Assembly (NCBI GenBank): GCA_963813535.1 | Contig: CAWEZH010000002.1 | Span: forward strand, 1,920,001 to 1,984,000 | Source of the DNA: an uncultured Chloroflexia bacterium | GTDB lineage: Bacteria > Chloroflexota > Limnocylindria > Limnocylindrales > CSP1-4 | Reading direction: 5' to 3' | Length of the DNA: 64,000 bases | Part shown: in pieces, positions 1 to 9,711 of the stretch | Layout: each line of letters begins with the position of its first letter | Position numbering within the stretch: the stretch's first letter is position 1 | Translations under genes and position numbers: made by a program | Notes under the pieces: generated by a model | The model's database searches: none | What the model was told of the DNA's origin: nothing | What the model saw: only the letters and a program-made list of their open reading frames with translations

Positions 1-146
1 TCGAAGCGGTAGCGGGCCAACAGCACGGCCGAGACACCATCGTCCCCGCGGGCCATCGCCAGGGACGGGTCCTCGGCGAGCAGGCCCTGGACCCGCTCCG
101 TGTCACCGGCGGTCACGGCCGCGATCATGTCCGCCGGGCTGACCAT
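1..146 (-). CDS. Ankyrin-repeat-like protein, N-terminal part (runs off window start)
   Basis: Hand translation from ATG 146: MVSPADMIAAVTAGDTERVQGLLAEDPSLAMARGDDGVSAVLLARYRF, an ankyrin-like helix-loop-helix. TAGGCT -10 element 6 nt upstream. Confidence 0.65.
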   Translation of the reverse strand, partial: MVSPADMIAAVTAGDTERVQGLLAEDPSLAMARGDDGVSAVLLARYRF

Positions 147-214
147 GCGCGGAGCCTACCGCAGCGGCCACGGACCGCGGGTACGATGGCGGGCGAGAGG
201 GAGGTTCAGCCAGG

Positions 215-982
215 ATGCGACTCGCGGACAAGGTCACGATCATCACCGGCGGGGGCGGCGGGATGGGCCGCGTCGCGGCGCGGATGTTCGCGGAGCAGGG
301 AGCCCGGGTCGTCGTCGCGGAGTACGGCGAAGACGCCGGGCGCGAGACCGTCGACCAGATCACGAGCGCGGGAGGCGACGCGACCTTCGTGCGAGCCGAC
401 GTGTCGAACGAGACCGACGCGAAGGCGATGGTCGACCATGCGCTGTCGACCTTCGGGCGGCTCGATGTCCTCTACAACAATGCCGGGGTCATGCCCGAGG
501 CCGACCATTCGGTGACCGACACGGCGGTCGATGTCTGGGACCAGGTCATGGCCGTCAACGTCCGCGGCGTGTTCCTCGGTTGCAAGTACGCCGTCCCTGC
601 CATGGAGGCGGCCGGCGGCGGATCGATCATCAATATCGCCAGCTTCGTCGCGCTCGTCGGCTGCTCGGTCCCACAGGACGCGTACACCGCCTCGAAGGGC
701 GCCGTCCTGAGTCTGACCCGCAGCCTGGCCGTCCAGTTCGGGCCGAAGGGCATCCGGACGAACGCGATCTGTCCGGGACCGGTCGAGACGCCGCTCTTGA
801 TGGACTGGCTCGTCAAGGATGAGGAGGCCAAGCGCATCCGCCTGGCCCGCAACCCGTCGGGCCGCTTCGGCAAGCCCGAGGAGATCGTCAACATGGCCGT
901 CTACCTCGCCTCGGACGAGTCGCGCTGGACGAATGGCGCGTCGCTCGTCGTGGACGGTGGGATCACGGTCAACTACTTCTGA
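215..982 (+). CDS. Short-chain dehydrogenase/reductase (SDR)
   Basis: TGGGGGMG Rossmann motif, NNAG, YTASK catalytic motif; GAGGGAGG RBS upstream. Confidence 0.93.
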   Translation: MRLADKVTIITGGGGGMGRVAARMFAEQGARVVVAEYGEDAGRETVDQITSAGGDATFVRADVSNETDAKAMVDHALSTFGRLDVLYNNAGVMPEADHSVTDTAVDVWDQVMAVNVRGVFLGCKYAVPAMEAAGGGSIINIASFVALVGCSVPQDAYTASKGAVLSLTRSLAVQFGPKGIRTNAICPGPVETPLLMDWLVKDEEAKRIRLARNPSGRFGKPEEIVNMAVYLASDESRWTNGASLVVDGGITVNYF

Positions 983-992
983 GGGACGGGCG

Positions 993-1844
993 ATGACTGA
1001 CGAACCGACCCCATCACAGCCCGCGTCGGGGCCGCTGGCCATCGGCGTCGACGTCGGCGGGAGCGGCATCAAGGCCGCCGTGGTCGACACTGGCACGGGC
1101 GAGTTGCGCTCCGAGCGACTGCGGGTCCCGACACCGAACCCGTCGACACCGGACAAGGTCGCCGCATCCATCGGCCGCCTCGTCCGCCGCCTGGCTGAGA
1201 CCGCCGATCTGCCGACGGACGCGCCGATCGGCGTCGGCCTGCCGGGCGTGGCCATCGACGGTCGCCTCATGACGGCCGCCAACATCGACCCTGCCTGGGT
1301 CGACTACCCGATCGCCGAGAAGCTGTCCAGGGCGCTCAAGCGGCGGGTCGAGATCGTCAACGATGCCGACGCGGCCGGCATCGCCGAGATGCGTCACGGC
1401 GTGGGTGCGGGCAGGCCCGGTACGGTCATCTTCCTGACCCTGGGAACCGGCGTGGGATCGGGCGTCTTCGTCGACGGGCACCTCGTCCCCAACACGGAGT
1501 TCGGCCAGATGGAGATCCGCGGCCGGCCGGCGGAACGTCGCTCGGCCTCGGCGGCGCGGCAACGGCGCGGCCTGTCGTGGAAAGCGTGGGCGCAGGACCT
1601 CGACGAGCACCTGCAGCGGATCGAGGACCTGATGTGGCCCAACCTGTTCATCCTCGGCGGTGGGGTCAGCAAGAACGCCGACAAGTTCGTGCCGAAGCTC
1701 ACGCTTCGCACACCGGTCGTTCCGGCGCAACTCCGCAACGATGCCGGGATCGTCGGATCGGCGATCGTCGCGGTCGAGGGGCTGTGGGATGCGAAGTCGA
1801 CCTGGGACGACCTGCCAGAAGACTCGGCGGCGGCGTCGGCCTAG
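993..1844 (+). CDS. ppgK: ROK-family polyphosphate glucokinase-like protein
   Basis: GVDVGGSGIK, NDADAAG, TLGTGVGS, NTEFGQ, GGGVSK and LRNDAGIVG motifs. Start moved to ATG 993 (MTDEP) after the SDR stop. Confidence 0.8.
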   Translation: MTDEPTPSQPASGPLAIGVDVGGSGIKAAVVDTGTGELRSERLRVPTPNPSTPDKVAASIGRLVRRLAETADLPTDAPIGVGLPGVAIDGRLMTAANIDPAWVDYPIAEKLSRALKRRVEIVNDADAAGIAEMRHGVGAGRPGTVIFLTLGTGVGSGVFVDGHLVPNTEFGQMEIRGRPAERRSASAARQRRGLSWKAWAQDLDEHLQRIEDLMWPNLFILGGGVSKNADKFVPKLTLRTPVVPAQLRNDAGIVGSAIVAVEGLWDAKSTWDDLPEDSAAASA

Positions 1845-1910
1845 GGAGGTCCGGGCGTATCATCGGGGCCCATTCCCGCCCCTCCGGCAGCGCACCCTGA
1901 GGTCCCGCTC

Positions 1911-3401
1911 ATGACGACCGAATCCACGGCTCCGGCCGCACGCACCGAGGCGCCCACCGCGACGCGGATGATGATCGGTGGCGAGTCCGTCGAGGCGGCC
2001 GACGGTCAGACCTTCGACCTCGTCGATCCCGCCACGGGCACGACGATCGCCACCGCGCCGCTCGGCGGGCGCGCCGACGTCGACCGCGCGGTCGAGGCTG
2101 CCCAGACCGCCTTCGAGGAGCGCAAGGGCTGGGCGAACTGGGCCGCCGGCAAGCGTGGCCGGTCCCTTGCCAAGCTGGCCGACCTGCTCAAGAAGAACAG
2201 CGAGGAGCTGGCCTGGCTCGAGAGCCGCAACGGTGGCAAGCCGATCACCTCGGCGCGGGGCGAGATCATCGGGGCGAGCCTGGTCTTCGACTACTACGCG
2301 GGCGCGGCGAACAAGGTCTATGGCCAGACGATCCCGGTCTCGAAGCCGGGCATCGACATGACCCTCCGCGAGCCGATCGGCGTCGTGGGCCTGATCGTGC
2401 CGTGGAACTTCCCGCTGTTGATGGCCGCCTGGAAGGTCGCGCCGGCGCTGGCGGCCGGCAACACCGCGATCCTCAAGCCCGCGTCGTACACCCCGCTGAC
2501 GGCGATCCGCCTGGGCGAACTTGCACTCGAGGCGGGCATCCCGGCCGGCGTGCTCAACGTGGTGACCGGACCGGGCGGCACGGTGGGCGCGTCGATCGCC
2601 GGCCATCCAGACATCGGCAAGGTGGCATTCACGGGCGAAACGACGACGGGCCAGGAGATCATGCGACTGGCATCGGGCAACGTGAAGAAGATCTCGCTCG
2701 AGCTCGGCGGCAAGAGCCCCAATATCGTCTTCGCCGATGCGGACCTCGAGCGGTTCGCCAAGGAATCGCCCTACAGCGTCTTCGACAACTGCGGCCAGGA
2801 CTGCTGCGCTCGAAGCCGGATCCTGGTCGAGCGGTCGGTGCATGAGCGAGTCGTCGAGCTGTTCGCCGACGCCACACGCAACGTGAAGGTCGGCGACCCG
2901 GCCGACGACGCGACCGAGGTCGGGCCGCTGGTCAGCGCCAAGCAGCGCGACCGCGTGAAGGACTACATCGAGATCGGGCTGGGCGAGGGCGCGACGCTCG
3001 TCGTCGGCGGCGCGGCGCCCGACGATCCGACCCTGGCCGGCGGGGCGTATCTCCTACCGACGGTGTTCGACGGCGTAAGCAACGACATGCGCATCGCCCG
3101 CGAGGAGATCTTCGGTCCTGTCGTGTCGGTCATCCCGTTCGAGACCGAGGACGAGGCGCTCAGGCTGGCCAACGCGACGCCGTACGGCCTGTCCGGATCG
3201 ATCTGGAGCCGCGACATCGGCAAGGCGATGCGGGCCGCGAAGGCGCTGCAGTCGGGGGTCATCAGCATCAACTCGAACAGCTCGGTCCATACCGAGGCCC
3301 CGTTCGGCGGCTACAAGATGTCGGGCATCGGACGCGAGCTGGGGATGGCCGCCCTTGACCTCTACACGGAGACGAAGAACGTCTTCATCGACATCAGCTG
3401 A
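1911..3401 (+). CDS. Aldehyde dehydrogenase
   Basis: [18 protein letters not shown], catalytic Cys in GQDCCARSR, EEIFGP, PFGGYKMSG. Confidence 0.95.
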   Translation: MTTESTAPAARTEAPTATRMMIGGESVEAADGQTFDLVDPATGTTIATAPLGGRADVDRAVEAAQTAFEERKGWANWAAGKRGRSLAKLADLLKKNSEELAWLESRNGGKPITSARGEIIGASLVFDYYAGAANKVYGQTIPVSKPGIDMTLREPIGVVGLIVPWNFPLLMAAWKVAPALAAGNTAILKPASYTPLTAIRLGELALEAGIPAGVLNVVTGPGGTVGASIAGHPDIGKVAFTGETTTGQEIMRLASGNVKKISLELGGKSPNIVFADADLERFAKESPYSVFDNCGQDCCARSRILVERSVHERVVELFADATRNVKVGDPADDATEVGPLVSAKQRDRVKDYIEIGLGEGATLVVGGAAPDDPTLAGGAYLLPTVFDGVSNDMRIAREEIFGPVVSVIPFETEDEALRLANATPYGLSGSIWSRDIGKAMRAAKALQSGVISINSNSSVHTEAPFGGYKMSGIGRELGMAALDLYTETKNVFIDIS

Positions 3402-3526
3402 GTCTGGGCCTCCCGATCGAGCGCGGCAGATCGCCGCTCAGGCGCGCTCAGCGCAAGGCGGCGACGAGGACGCGAACGAGCGCACGTTCAGTGCGTGAGC
3501 GAGCGGCCGCAGGAGCCAACGCGGCG

Positions 3527-4189
3527 ATGAGCCGCATCAGCGAGCGAGATGCAAGCGAGCATCGGGGGGACCGGACTCCAACCTCGTTCCACGGTCGGCT
3601 GGACCCGTCCGGGCGGGGTCGACGCGGGCGCGGCGCGATCGCCCTCGTCGGCTGGGTCGTGGGTCTCGGGGCGGTGATCGCCCTCGCCACACAGGGCGGT
3701 GCAACTCCGGAGCGGGCGGCTCCGTCCGCTGCGGCGGTCGTGACCTCGTCGTCGAGCGCTCCGGTGGGGCGGCGTCAGCTCGCGCTCGATCAGCCGGCGA
3801 GACGCGGCGATGTCGTGACGACCCGCGAGCTGATCGTGCGTGGCCGGGTCGCCCGAGCTGCCGGCGAGGTCCGGATCATGCTCGAATCGAGGGGCGGCAA
3901 GCCCGTCGCGACGGCTGCCATCGATCCCATCGGGTACGGACACGGCGACTGGATCCCGTTCGAGAGCCGGTTCCGGCTGGAGATGCCCCGACCTGCGGGC
4001 GACATGACCCTGTTCATCGTCGCCGTCGACGGCGCCGGCATCCCCATCGACGCGGTCCGTCGCCGCTTCACGATCGGGGCGATCATCGACATCTCCGCCG
4101 TCTCCGGCGGCCGACGCTCACGCTCCAACGGCGAGGACGGGCTCATGGGCGGGATCCCGTTCGGGACGAACGTGCTGCCCGGCACCTGA
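3527..4189 (+). CDS. Hypothetical single-pass membrane protein with possible Ig-like extracellular domain
   Basis: AGGAG upstream of ATG 3527; hydrophobic segment AIALVGWVVGLGAVIALA, Ser/Ala linker, beta-rich C-terminus. Confidence 0.55.
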   Translation: MSRISERDASEHRGDRTPTSFHGRLDPSGRGRRGRGAIALVGWVVGLGAVIALATQGGATPERAAPSAAAVVTSSSSAPVGRRQLALDQPARRGDVVTTRELIVRGRVARAAGEVRIMLESRGGKPVATAAIDPIGYGHGDWIPFESRFRLEMPRPAGDMTLFIVAVDGAGIPIDAVRRRFTIGAIIDISAVSGGRRSRSNGEDGLMGGIPFGTNVLPGT

Positions 4190-4192
4190 CGG

Positions 4193-4807
4193 TCAGGAGC
4201 CGAGGTCGCCCTCGGGCCACGTGAGGTCGGGTCGCCGTCGCTCGATCCAGTCGCGGAGCATCCACATCGTCGTCCGGAACGCCAACCCGGACCAGGGGAT
4301 GTCCTCGGGCGCGAACGTCGCGATCTCGAGCGCCTCGGGCGTCGGCATCGCGGTCCCGCCGACTACCCGGGACTCGAACGCGATCGTCACGACGGCCGCC
4401 TCGAGGCGCGTGTACAGGCCGATGATCTCGCCCGGTTCGATGATCAGCCCGGTCTCCTCGAGCGTCTCGCGGATGGCGGCCTGGTGGACGGTCTCGTCGA
4501 CCTCGAGGAAGCCGCCGGGCTGGGCCCATGCCCCGCGGCCGGGTTCGATGCCGCGCCGGAGGAGGACCAGCTCGCCGTCCTCGGTGACCGGCAGCGTGGT
4601 CACCACGAGCCGCGGGTTGACGTAGGCGATGTGGCCGCACGAAGGACACGACAGGCGGTCGCGATCCTCACCCTCGATCGAGCCGAAACGGAGAGCCGAG
4701 CCGCAGCTCGAGCAGAAGTTGAGCGTCCGCGCGATCCAGTCCGGGACGCCTCGCCCTGGGGCGAGATCGGTCGAGCGCCCGTCAGGCCCGAGGTCGAACG
4801 CGTCCAC
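4193..4807 (-). CDS. Nudix hydrolase with N-terminal zinc ribbon
   Basis: FCSSCG...CPSCG zinc ribbon; Nudix box GGFLEVDETVHQAAIRETLEETGL. Start GTG 4807 just after the upstream stop. Confidence 0.9.
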   Translation of the reverse strand: MDAFDLGPDGRSTDLAPGRGVPDWIARTLNFCSSCGSALRFGSIEGEDRDRLSCPSCGHIAYVNPRLVVTTLPVTEDGELVLLRRGIEPGRGAWAQPGGFLEVDETVHQAAIRETLEETGLIIEPGEIIGLYTRLEAAVVTIAFESRVVGGTAMPTPEALEIATFAPEDIPWSGLAFRTTMWMLRDWIERRRPDLTWPEGDLGS

Positions 4808-4809
4808 GC

Positions 4810-5235
4810 CTAGGCGAGCAGCACGACGACGGCCGCGCCGATCAGCAGCATCAACCCGATCAGGCTGACCGCGACCCACGCCAGTCGGAACCAGCCCTTG
4901 CCGCGATCCACCGGCATCCACGCCCAGGCCGAACGCCAGATGCGGACGATCGCGTCGGCCGTGGTGATCACGAGGAGCGGGGCGGCGATGATGACGCACA
5001 GCTTGACCAACGGATCGCCGAGGCTGGCGCCGAGATTGAGCGCGGTGATGGCGACGGCGCCGCAGATCAGGACCGGCACAGACAGGTTGATGTAGTGCTT
5101 CTGCAGCGGCGTCGGGGCCACCTCCGGTACGGACCGCGGGGGCAGACCCACGAGGCTCGGAGGCAGGGTGGACGGCTGGACTGGTTGGCGATCGAGCACC
5201 GGCATGCCCGGCTCCCAGCGTTCGTCGTCTGTCAC
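4810..5235 (-). CDS. Hypothetical membrane protein (about 3 TM)
   Basis: Pro-rich N-terminus then three hydrophobic segments. GTG 5235 is preceded by TACACT + 6 nt. Confidence 0.7.
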   Translation of the reverse strand: MTDDERWEPGMPVLDRQPVQPSTLPPSLVGLPPRSVPEVAPTPLQKHYINLSVPVLICGAVAITALNLGASLGDPLVKLCVIIAAPLLVITTADAIVRIWRSAWAWMPVDRGKGWFRLAWVAVSLIGLMLLIGAAVVVLLA

Positions 5236-5266
5236 GGTTCGAGTGTAGTCGGGGTCGCGGTCTCCC

Positions 5267-5704
5267 TTAGAGGATCCGCTCGTCGCGGGCGTCCGATGCG
5301 TCGACGATCGTCGTGCAGGTCGGACAGAAGTAGCGAGCCTCGAGTGGCGTCCCGCAGACGCCATGCCGCAGCGGCTCGACGTCGTTCGAGCGGCGGGCAC
5401 CCCAGTCCGCGAGCAGGCGCAACGCCGATGCGAGGGCGCGACCGTCGGCGGTGAGCTCGTATGCGTACCGCGTCGGACGCTCCTGGTAAGGGCTTGACCT
5501 GAGGATGCCTGCCCGCTCGAGTCGGCGCAGGCGGTCGGTGAGGATGTTCGGCGCGATCCCTGGCAGTGCCTCGCCGAGGTCACCGAACCGGCGAGACCCG
5601 TCGAGCAGCGCTTCGACCAGCAGGAGGCTCCATCTGTCACCGACCCGGTCGAGGGCGGCCTCGAGCGGCAGCGGGCGACGATCGGTGGACGTGGTGTCGG
5701 TCAT
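5267..5704 (-). CDS. HxlR-family winged-helix transcriptional regulator
   Basis: ALDRVGDRWSLLLV, RRFGDL, LTDRLRRLE, YELTADG; C-terminal HxxC...CxxC. Confidence 0.9.
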   Translation of the reverse strand: MTDTTSTDRRPLPLEAALDRVGDRWSLLLVEALLDGSRRFGDLGEALPGIAPNILTDRLRRLERAGILRSSPYQERPTRYAYELTADGRALASALRLLADWGARRSNDVEPLRHGVCGTPLEARYFCPTCTTIVDASDARDERIL

Positions 5705-5746
5705 GGTCGGTCGATGGTAGCCGGTGGGAGGACTTGTCAGACGGAC

Positions 5747-5780
5747 GTGTCGGTAGTAACTTGCAAGTCACTAGCGACAC
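5747..5780. promoter_or_regulatory. 34-bp palindromic operator candidate between hxlR and htrA
   Basis: GTGTCGgTAGTaACTTGCAAGTcACTAgCGACAC: inverted repeat with 2 mismatched pairs and an AT-rich core, in a divergent intergenic region. Confidence 0.65.
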
Positions 5781-5810
5781 CCCTCTCTCACCCGGCAAGG
5801 AGCACATCAT

Positions 5811-6716
5811 ATGGGCAGCATCGAAGAGCTCGGCACGTCGATCGCCGCGGTCGCCGACCGCGTCGGACCGTCGATCGTGGGGGTCGGTCGGGACGGCCGC
5901 GGGTCCGGCGTCGTCGTCGCCGACGGCCAGGTCCTGACCAACGCGCACAACCTTCGTGGTCGTGAGGTCACCGTCACGTTCAGCGACGGGCGCTCGACCC
6001 GTGGTGAGGTCCGCGGCGTCGACCCGGATGGCGACCTTGCAGTCATCGCGGTCGACACGGCCGGATCCACGGCCATCGCCTGGGGTTCCGGGGATGGGGC
6101 GTCGATCGGCGACCCTGTGTTCGGCGCGGCGGCGACCTACGGCGGCGGCACACGCGTCACGGTCGGCTTCGTGTCGTCGGTCGCGCGTTCGTTCCGCGGA
6201 CCGGGTGGCCGGCGCATCTCCGGAAGTATCGAGCACACCGCTCCGCTGGCACCGGGCTCGTCTGGCGGGGCGCTGGTCGACGCCGAGGGCAAGCTGGTCG
6301 GTCTCAACACGAACCGGATCGGCGAGGGGTTCTACCTGGCCTTGCCGGCCGAAGCAGGTCTGCAGGCCCGCATCGAGGCGCTGGGCAAGGGCGAATCGGT
6401 CGAGCGGCCGCGGCTCGGTGTCGCGATCGCGCCGAACCACGTCGCGCGCCGCCTGCGCCGTTCGGTGGGGCTGCCGGAGCGTGACGGGATCCTGGTCCGG
6501 GGCGTCGAGGACGGCAGTGCCGCCGCCTCGGCGGGTGTCGAGGTCGGCGACCTGATCGTTTCGGCCGGCGGCCGGCCGATCGCCGACGCGGATGATCTGC
6601 AGGACGCGCTCGGGAGCCTTGATCTGCCGTACGACCTGGTCGTCGTGCGGGGCGCGGACGAGATGACCCTGAAGGTCACCGCTGCCAAGCAGGAGCGCAC
6701 ACCGGGCGACGCATGA
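5811..6716 (+). CDS. HtrA/S1C trypsin-like serine protease with PDZ domain, no signal peptide
   Basis: TNAH, DLAV and PGSSGG catalytic triad; C-terminal PDZ (RLGV...GDLIV); AAGGAG RBS. Confidence 0.9.
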   Translation: MGSIEELGTSIAAVADRVGPSIVGVGRDGRGSGVVVADGQVLTNAHNLRGREVTVTFSDGRSTRGEVRGVDPDGDLAVIAVDTAGSTAIAWGSGDGASIGDPVFGAAATYGGGTRVTVGFVSSVARSFRGPGGRRISGSIEHTAPLAPGSSGGALVDAEGKLVGLNTNRIGEGFYLALPAEAGLQARIEALGKGESVERPRLGVAIAPNHVARRLRRSVGLPERDGILVRGVEDGSAAASAGVEVGDLIVSAGGRPIADADDLQDALGSLDLPYDLVVVRGADEMTLKVTAAKQERTPGDA

Positions 6717-6777
6717 CCGGGGCGACCTGTCACCAGGAAGGGCTGAGCACTCGCCCCTGAACCGCTAGCATCCGCGC

Positions 6778-7461
6778 GTGGATCGGATCCTCGCCTGGTA
6801 CCGGCTGGGCTCGTCGCTCGGAGCGGTCATCGCCCTCGTCGCCGCGAACCTCATCCCGCTGCTCGGCGTGCTGTTCCTCGACTGGAGTGTCTGGAACATC
6901 CTGGTCATCTACTGGCTGGAGAACGGCATCGTCGGGTTCATCAACGTCCTGAAGATGATGGCCGCGACCGGCGAGGACGCCGGGCCAGGACCGGCGATCA
7001 CCGTCAACGGTCAGCCGGCGACCGCGATGTCGAAGCCGGCGCTCGTCCCGTTCTTCGTCGTCCACTACGGGATCTTCTGGTTCGTGCATGGCATCTTCGT
7101 GCTCACGCTACCGGTGTTCCTGATGTTCGGTTCGGGAACGACGAGCATGGATCTCGACCCGGGGGCGGTGCTCGTCGCGGCGATCGCGCTTGCGATCAGT
7201 CACGGGCTGTCGTTCCTGTGGAACTTCCTGCACGGCGGCGAGTACCGGCGCGTGACGGCGGCCGGCCTGATGTTCGCGCCCTATCGGCGGCTGATCGCCC
7301 TGCACCTGACGATCATCTTCGGCGCCCTGGCGGTGATGCTCACCGGCGCACCCACGGCCGTCGTCGCGATCCTGGTCGCGGTCAAGACGCTGCTCGACCT
7401 CGGCTTGCACCTCGCGGAGCACCGAGGCGTCGGTCAGCCGAGCATCGCCCTCACGAACTGA
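6778..7461 (+). CDS. Polytopic membrane protein (DUF6498-like)
   Basis: [40 protein letters not shown]; multiple TM segments. Confidence 0.75.
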   Translation: MDRILAWYRLGSSLGAVIALVAANLIPLLGVLFLDWSVWNILVIYWLENGIVGFINVLKMMAATGEDAGPGPAITVNGQPATAMSKPALVPFFVVHYGIFWFVHGIFVLTLPVFLMFGSGTTSMDLDPGAVLVAAIALAISHGLSFLWNFLHGGEYRRVTAAGLMFAPYRRLIALHLTIIFGALAVMLTGAPTAVVAILVAVKTLLDLGLHLAEHRGVGQPSIALTN

Positions 7462-7963
7462 GATCGTCTCCCGCGTTCGACGGGTCGTCCATCACCGACG
7501 CGGTCATACGCGAGCGCCACTCGGCGAGGCGCGCCGCGAGCCCCTCGTCGGCGAGGGCCAGGATCGACGCGGCCAGAAGCCCTGCGTTGACGGCGTTCCC
7601 GATCGCCACGGTCGCGACCGGGATCCCGCGGGGCATCTGGACGATCGACAGCAATGAGTCCATCCCACCCAGGTGCTGGGTGGGGATCGGCACACCGATG
7701 ACCGGCAGCGTCGTCTTGGCCGCGAGCATGCCGGGCAGGTGCGCCGCCCCACCAGCCCCGGCGATGATCACCCGGATCCCGCGACCGGCGGCCTCCTCGG
7801 CATAGCGGAAGAGATGGTCCGGTGTCCGGTGCGCGGAGACGACCCGGAGCTCCGCCGGCACGCCGAGCGCGCGAAGGGTCTCGACCGCCTCCTCGAGCAC
7901 GGGAAAATCCGATCGGCTCCCACCGACCACACCGACCACGGGGCTCGGCGCGTCGGCGCTCAC
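7451..7963 (-). CDS. purE: N5-carboxyaminoimidazole ribonucleotide mutase
   Basis: [37 protein letters not shown]. Confidence 0.97.
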   Translation of the reverse strand: MSADAPSPVVGVVGGSRSDFPVLEEAVETLRALGVPAELRVVSAHRTPDHLFRYAEEAAGRGIRVIIAGAGGAAHLPGMLAAKTTLPVIGVPIPTQHLGGMDSLLSIVQMPRGIPVATVAIGNAVNAGLLAASILALADEGLAARLAEWRSRMTASVMDDPSNAGDDLSS

Positions 7964-9687
7964 GGCGGCCCATCTCGTTGCTCGTCGGTGTCGCCGTCCT
8001 CCCAGCGGAGGAGCTCGATCGCGGCGCGGGCGCGAGCCAGCGCCTCCTCGCTCGATGGTCCGATGACGGTCACGTGACCCATCTTGCGGCGCTCGAAGAC
8101 CTGCCGCTTGTCGTACAGGTGCAGGTGCACGGCCGGGTCCGCCATGGCGCGTGCCAGCCCGAGCGGTTCGAGGCGAGCCGGGCGGGCCGGACCCGTGCCG
8201 AGGAGGTTGACCATCGCGGTCGGGGCGAGCGCCTCGGTCGAGCCGAGGTCGAGGCCGCAGACCGCCCGGACGTGCTGTTCGAACTGCGACGTCACGGCAC
8301 CTTCGATCGTCCAGTGCCCGCTGTTGTGGACGCGCGGCGCGAGCTCGTTGGCCACGAGCCGCTGGTCGGGCATCAGGAAGAGCTCGACGGTGAGCATCCC
8401 GGTCACGCCCATCATCACCGCTAGCCGCTCCCCGATCGAAGCGGCACGTTCGGCGACCTCCGGATCGACCGCGGCGGGCGCCACGCTCTCGACGAGGATG
8501 CCTGCGTCATGCCGGTTGCAGGCGAGCGGGTAGGTCGCGATGCTACCGACCGAGCTGCGCGCGACGACGATCGACAGTTCAGCCTGGAACGCGAGCTCGG
8601 CCTCTGCCAGCAACACCTCCCCGGCGGGACGCCCCAGCCGGTCGAGGGCATCGTCGAGCTCGCGGTGGTCACCGACCCGCACCTGGCCCCGACCGTCGTA
8701 GCCGCCGGTCGCCACCTTGATCCGCATCGGCAGCCCGATCGCATCGGCGGCGGCGTGCAGGTCCTCGGTCGTCCGGATCTCGCGCCAGGGAGCCACGGCG
8801 ACCCCGGCCGTCTCGAGGAACCGACGCTCCGCGATCCGGTCCTGGGTCACGTGCAGCGGCAACCGGCCGGGACGGACAGATCGCACCGCGTCGACCGCGT
8901 CGACGACCTCGGTCGCGATGTGTTCGAGCTCATACGTCACGACGTCGCTCCACCCGGCCAGGCGGAGCGCCCCACCGACATCGTCATAGCCGGAAACGAC
9001 GACCCGATCGGCGATGCTGACCGCCGGACTGTCAGGATCCGGATCGAGGACGGCGACCCTGTAGCCCATCGTCCGGGCCGCCATGCCGATCATCCGCCCG
9101 AGCTGGCCACCGCCGAGGATGCCGATCGTGGCCGGCGGCACGACGGGCGGACGCTCGACGCCGATGCGGCGATGGACCTCGGAGATCCACGCCTGCTTGC
9201 GGTACGTGTACTGGTGCGGCTCGATCGGGCCGTCGGACACGATGCCGGTCTTGAGCTCCGCGTAGCCCTCGACGAGGGTGGGATCGGCAAGCAGCGCGTC
9301 GCGGAACGCCACGTCGCGTTGGAGCTCCTCGGTGTCGGGCAGGACGTGGCAATGGATGCGGAACGTCGTGCCGCCACGGACGAGGGAGCCCACCAGCATC
9401 GGCCGGCTCGGTGGCCATGGATCGGGACCTGGCTGCGGTCCGAACCCCAGCTCCCGGAGCATCGCCGCGACAGCCGGGACGTCCTCGGGAGTGGTCGCGA
9501 TCGCGAGATCCACGATGCCCTTGCCGGGCAATCCGGGGACGGCCGTGCTGCCGATGTGCTCGACCACCAGGTCCGGACGGCGCTCGCCGATGAGCTCGGT
9601 GACGGCGCCCGCGACCTCGATCGTCCGAGGATCCCACGGCTCGACCGTCGCGGGCAGTCGGACGTACGGCCCGATCGGCGGGTTCAC
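7960..9687 (-). CDS. purK: N5-CAIR synthetase PurK fused to an N-terminal GrpB/UPF0157 nucleotidyltransferase-fold domain
   Basis: N-terminal [18 protein letters not shown]...FRDAL...YAELK...K (GrpB), then [36 protein letters not shown] (PurK). Start GTG 9687 with TACACT + 6 nt. Confidence 0.9.
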   Translation of the reverse strand: MNPPIGPYVRLPATVEPWDPRTIEVAGAVTELIGERRPDLVVEHIGSTAVPGLPGKGIVDLAIATTPEDVPAVAAMLRELGFGPQPGPDPWPPSRPMLVGSLVRGGTTFRIHCHVLPDTEELQRDVAFRDALLADPTLVEGYAELKTGIVSDGPIEPHQYTYRKQAWISEVHRRIGVERPPVVPPATIGILGGGQLGRMIGMAARTMGYRVAVLDPDPDSPAVSIADRVVVSGYDDVGGALRLAGWSDVVTYELEHIATEVVDAVDAVRSVRPGRLPLHVTQDRIAERRFLETAGVAVAPWREIRTTEDLHAAADAIGLPMRIKVATGGYDGRGQVRVGDHRELDDALDRLGRPAGEVLLAEAELAFQAELSIVVARSSVGSIATYPLACNRHDAGILVESVAPAAVDPEVAERAASIGERLAVMMGVTGMLTVELFLMPDQRLVANELAPRVHNSGHWTIEGAVTSQFEQHVRAVCGLDLGSTEALAPTAMVNLLGTGPARPARLEPLGLARAMADPAVHLHLYDKRQVFERRKMGHVTVIGPSSEEALARARAAIELLRWEDGDTDEQRDGPP

Positions 9688-9711
9688 CGGGGGAGTGTAG
9701 ACTGCGCCCCC
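9688..9711. promoter_or_regulatory. Overlapping divergent -10 elements (leaderless promoters)
   Basis: TACACT on - strand (9699-9694) 6 nt before GTG 9687; TAGACT on + strand (9698-9703) 8 nt before ATG 9712. Confidence 0.6.
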
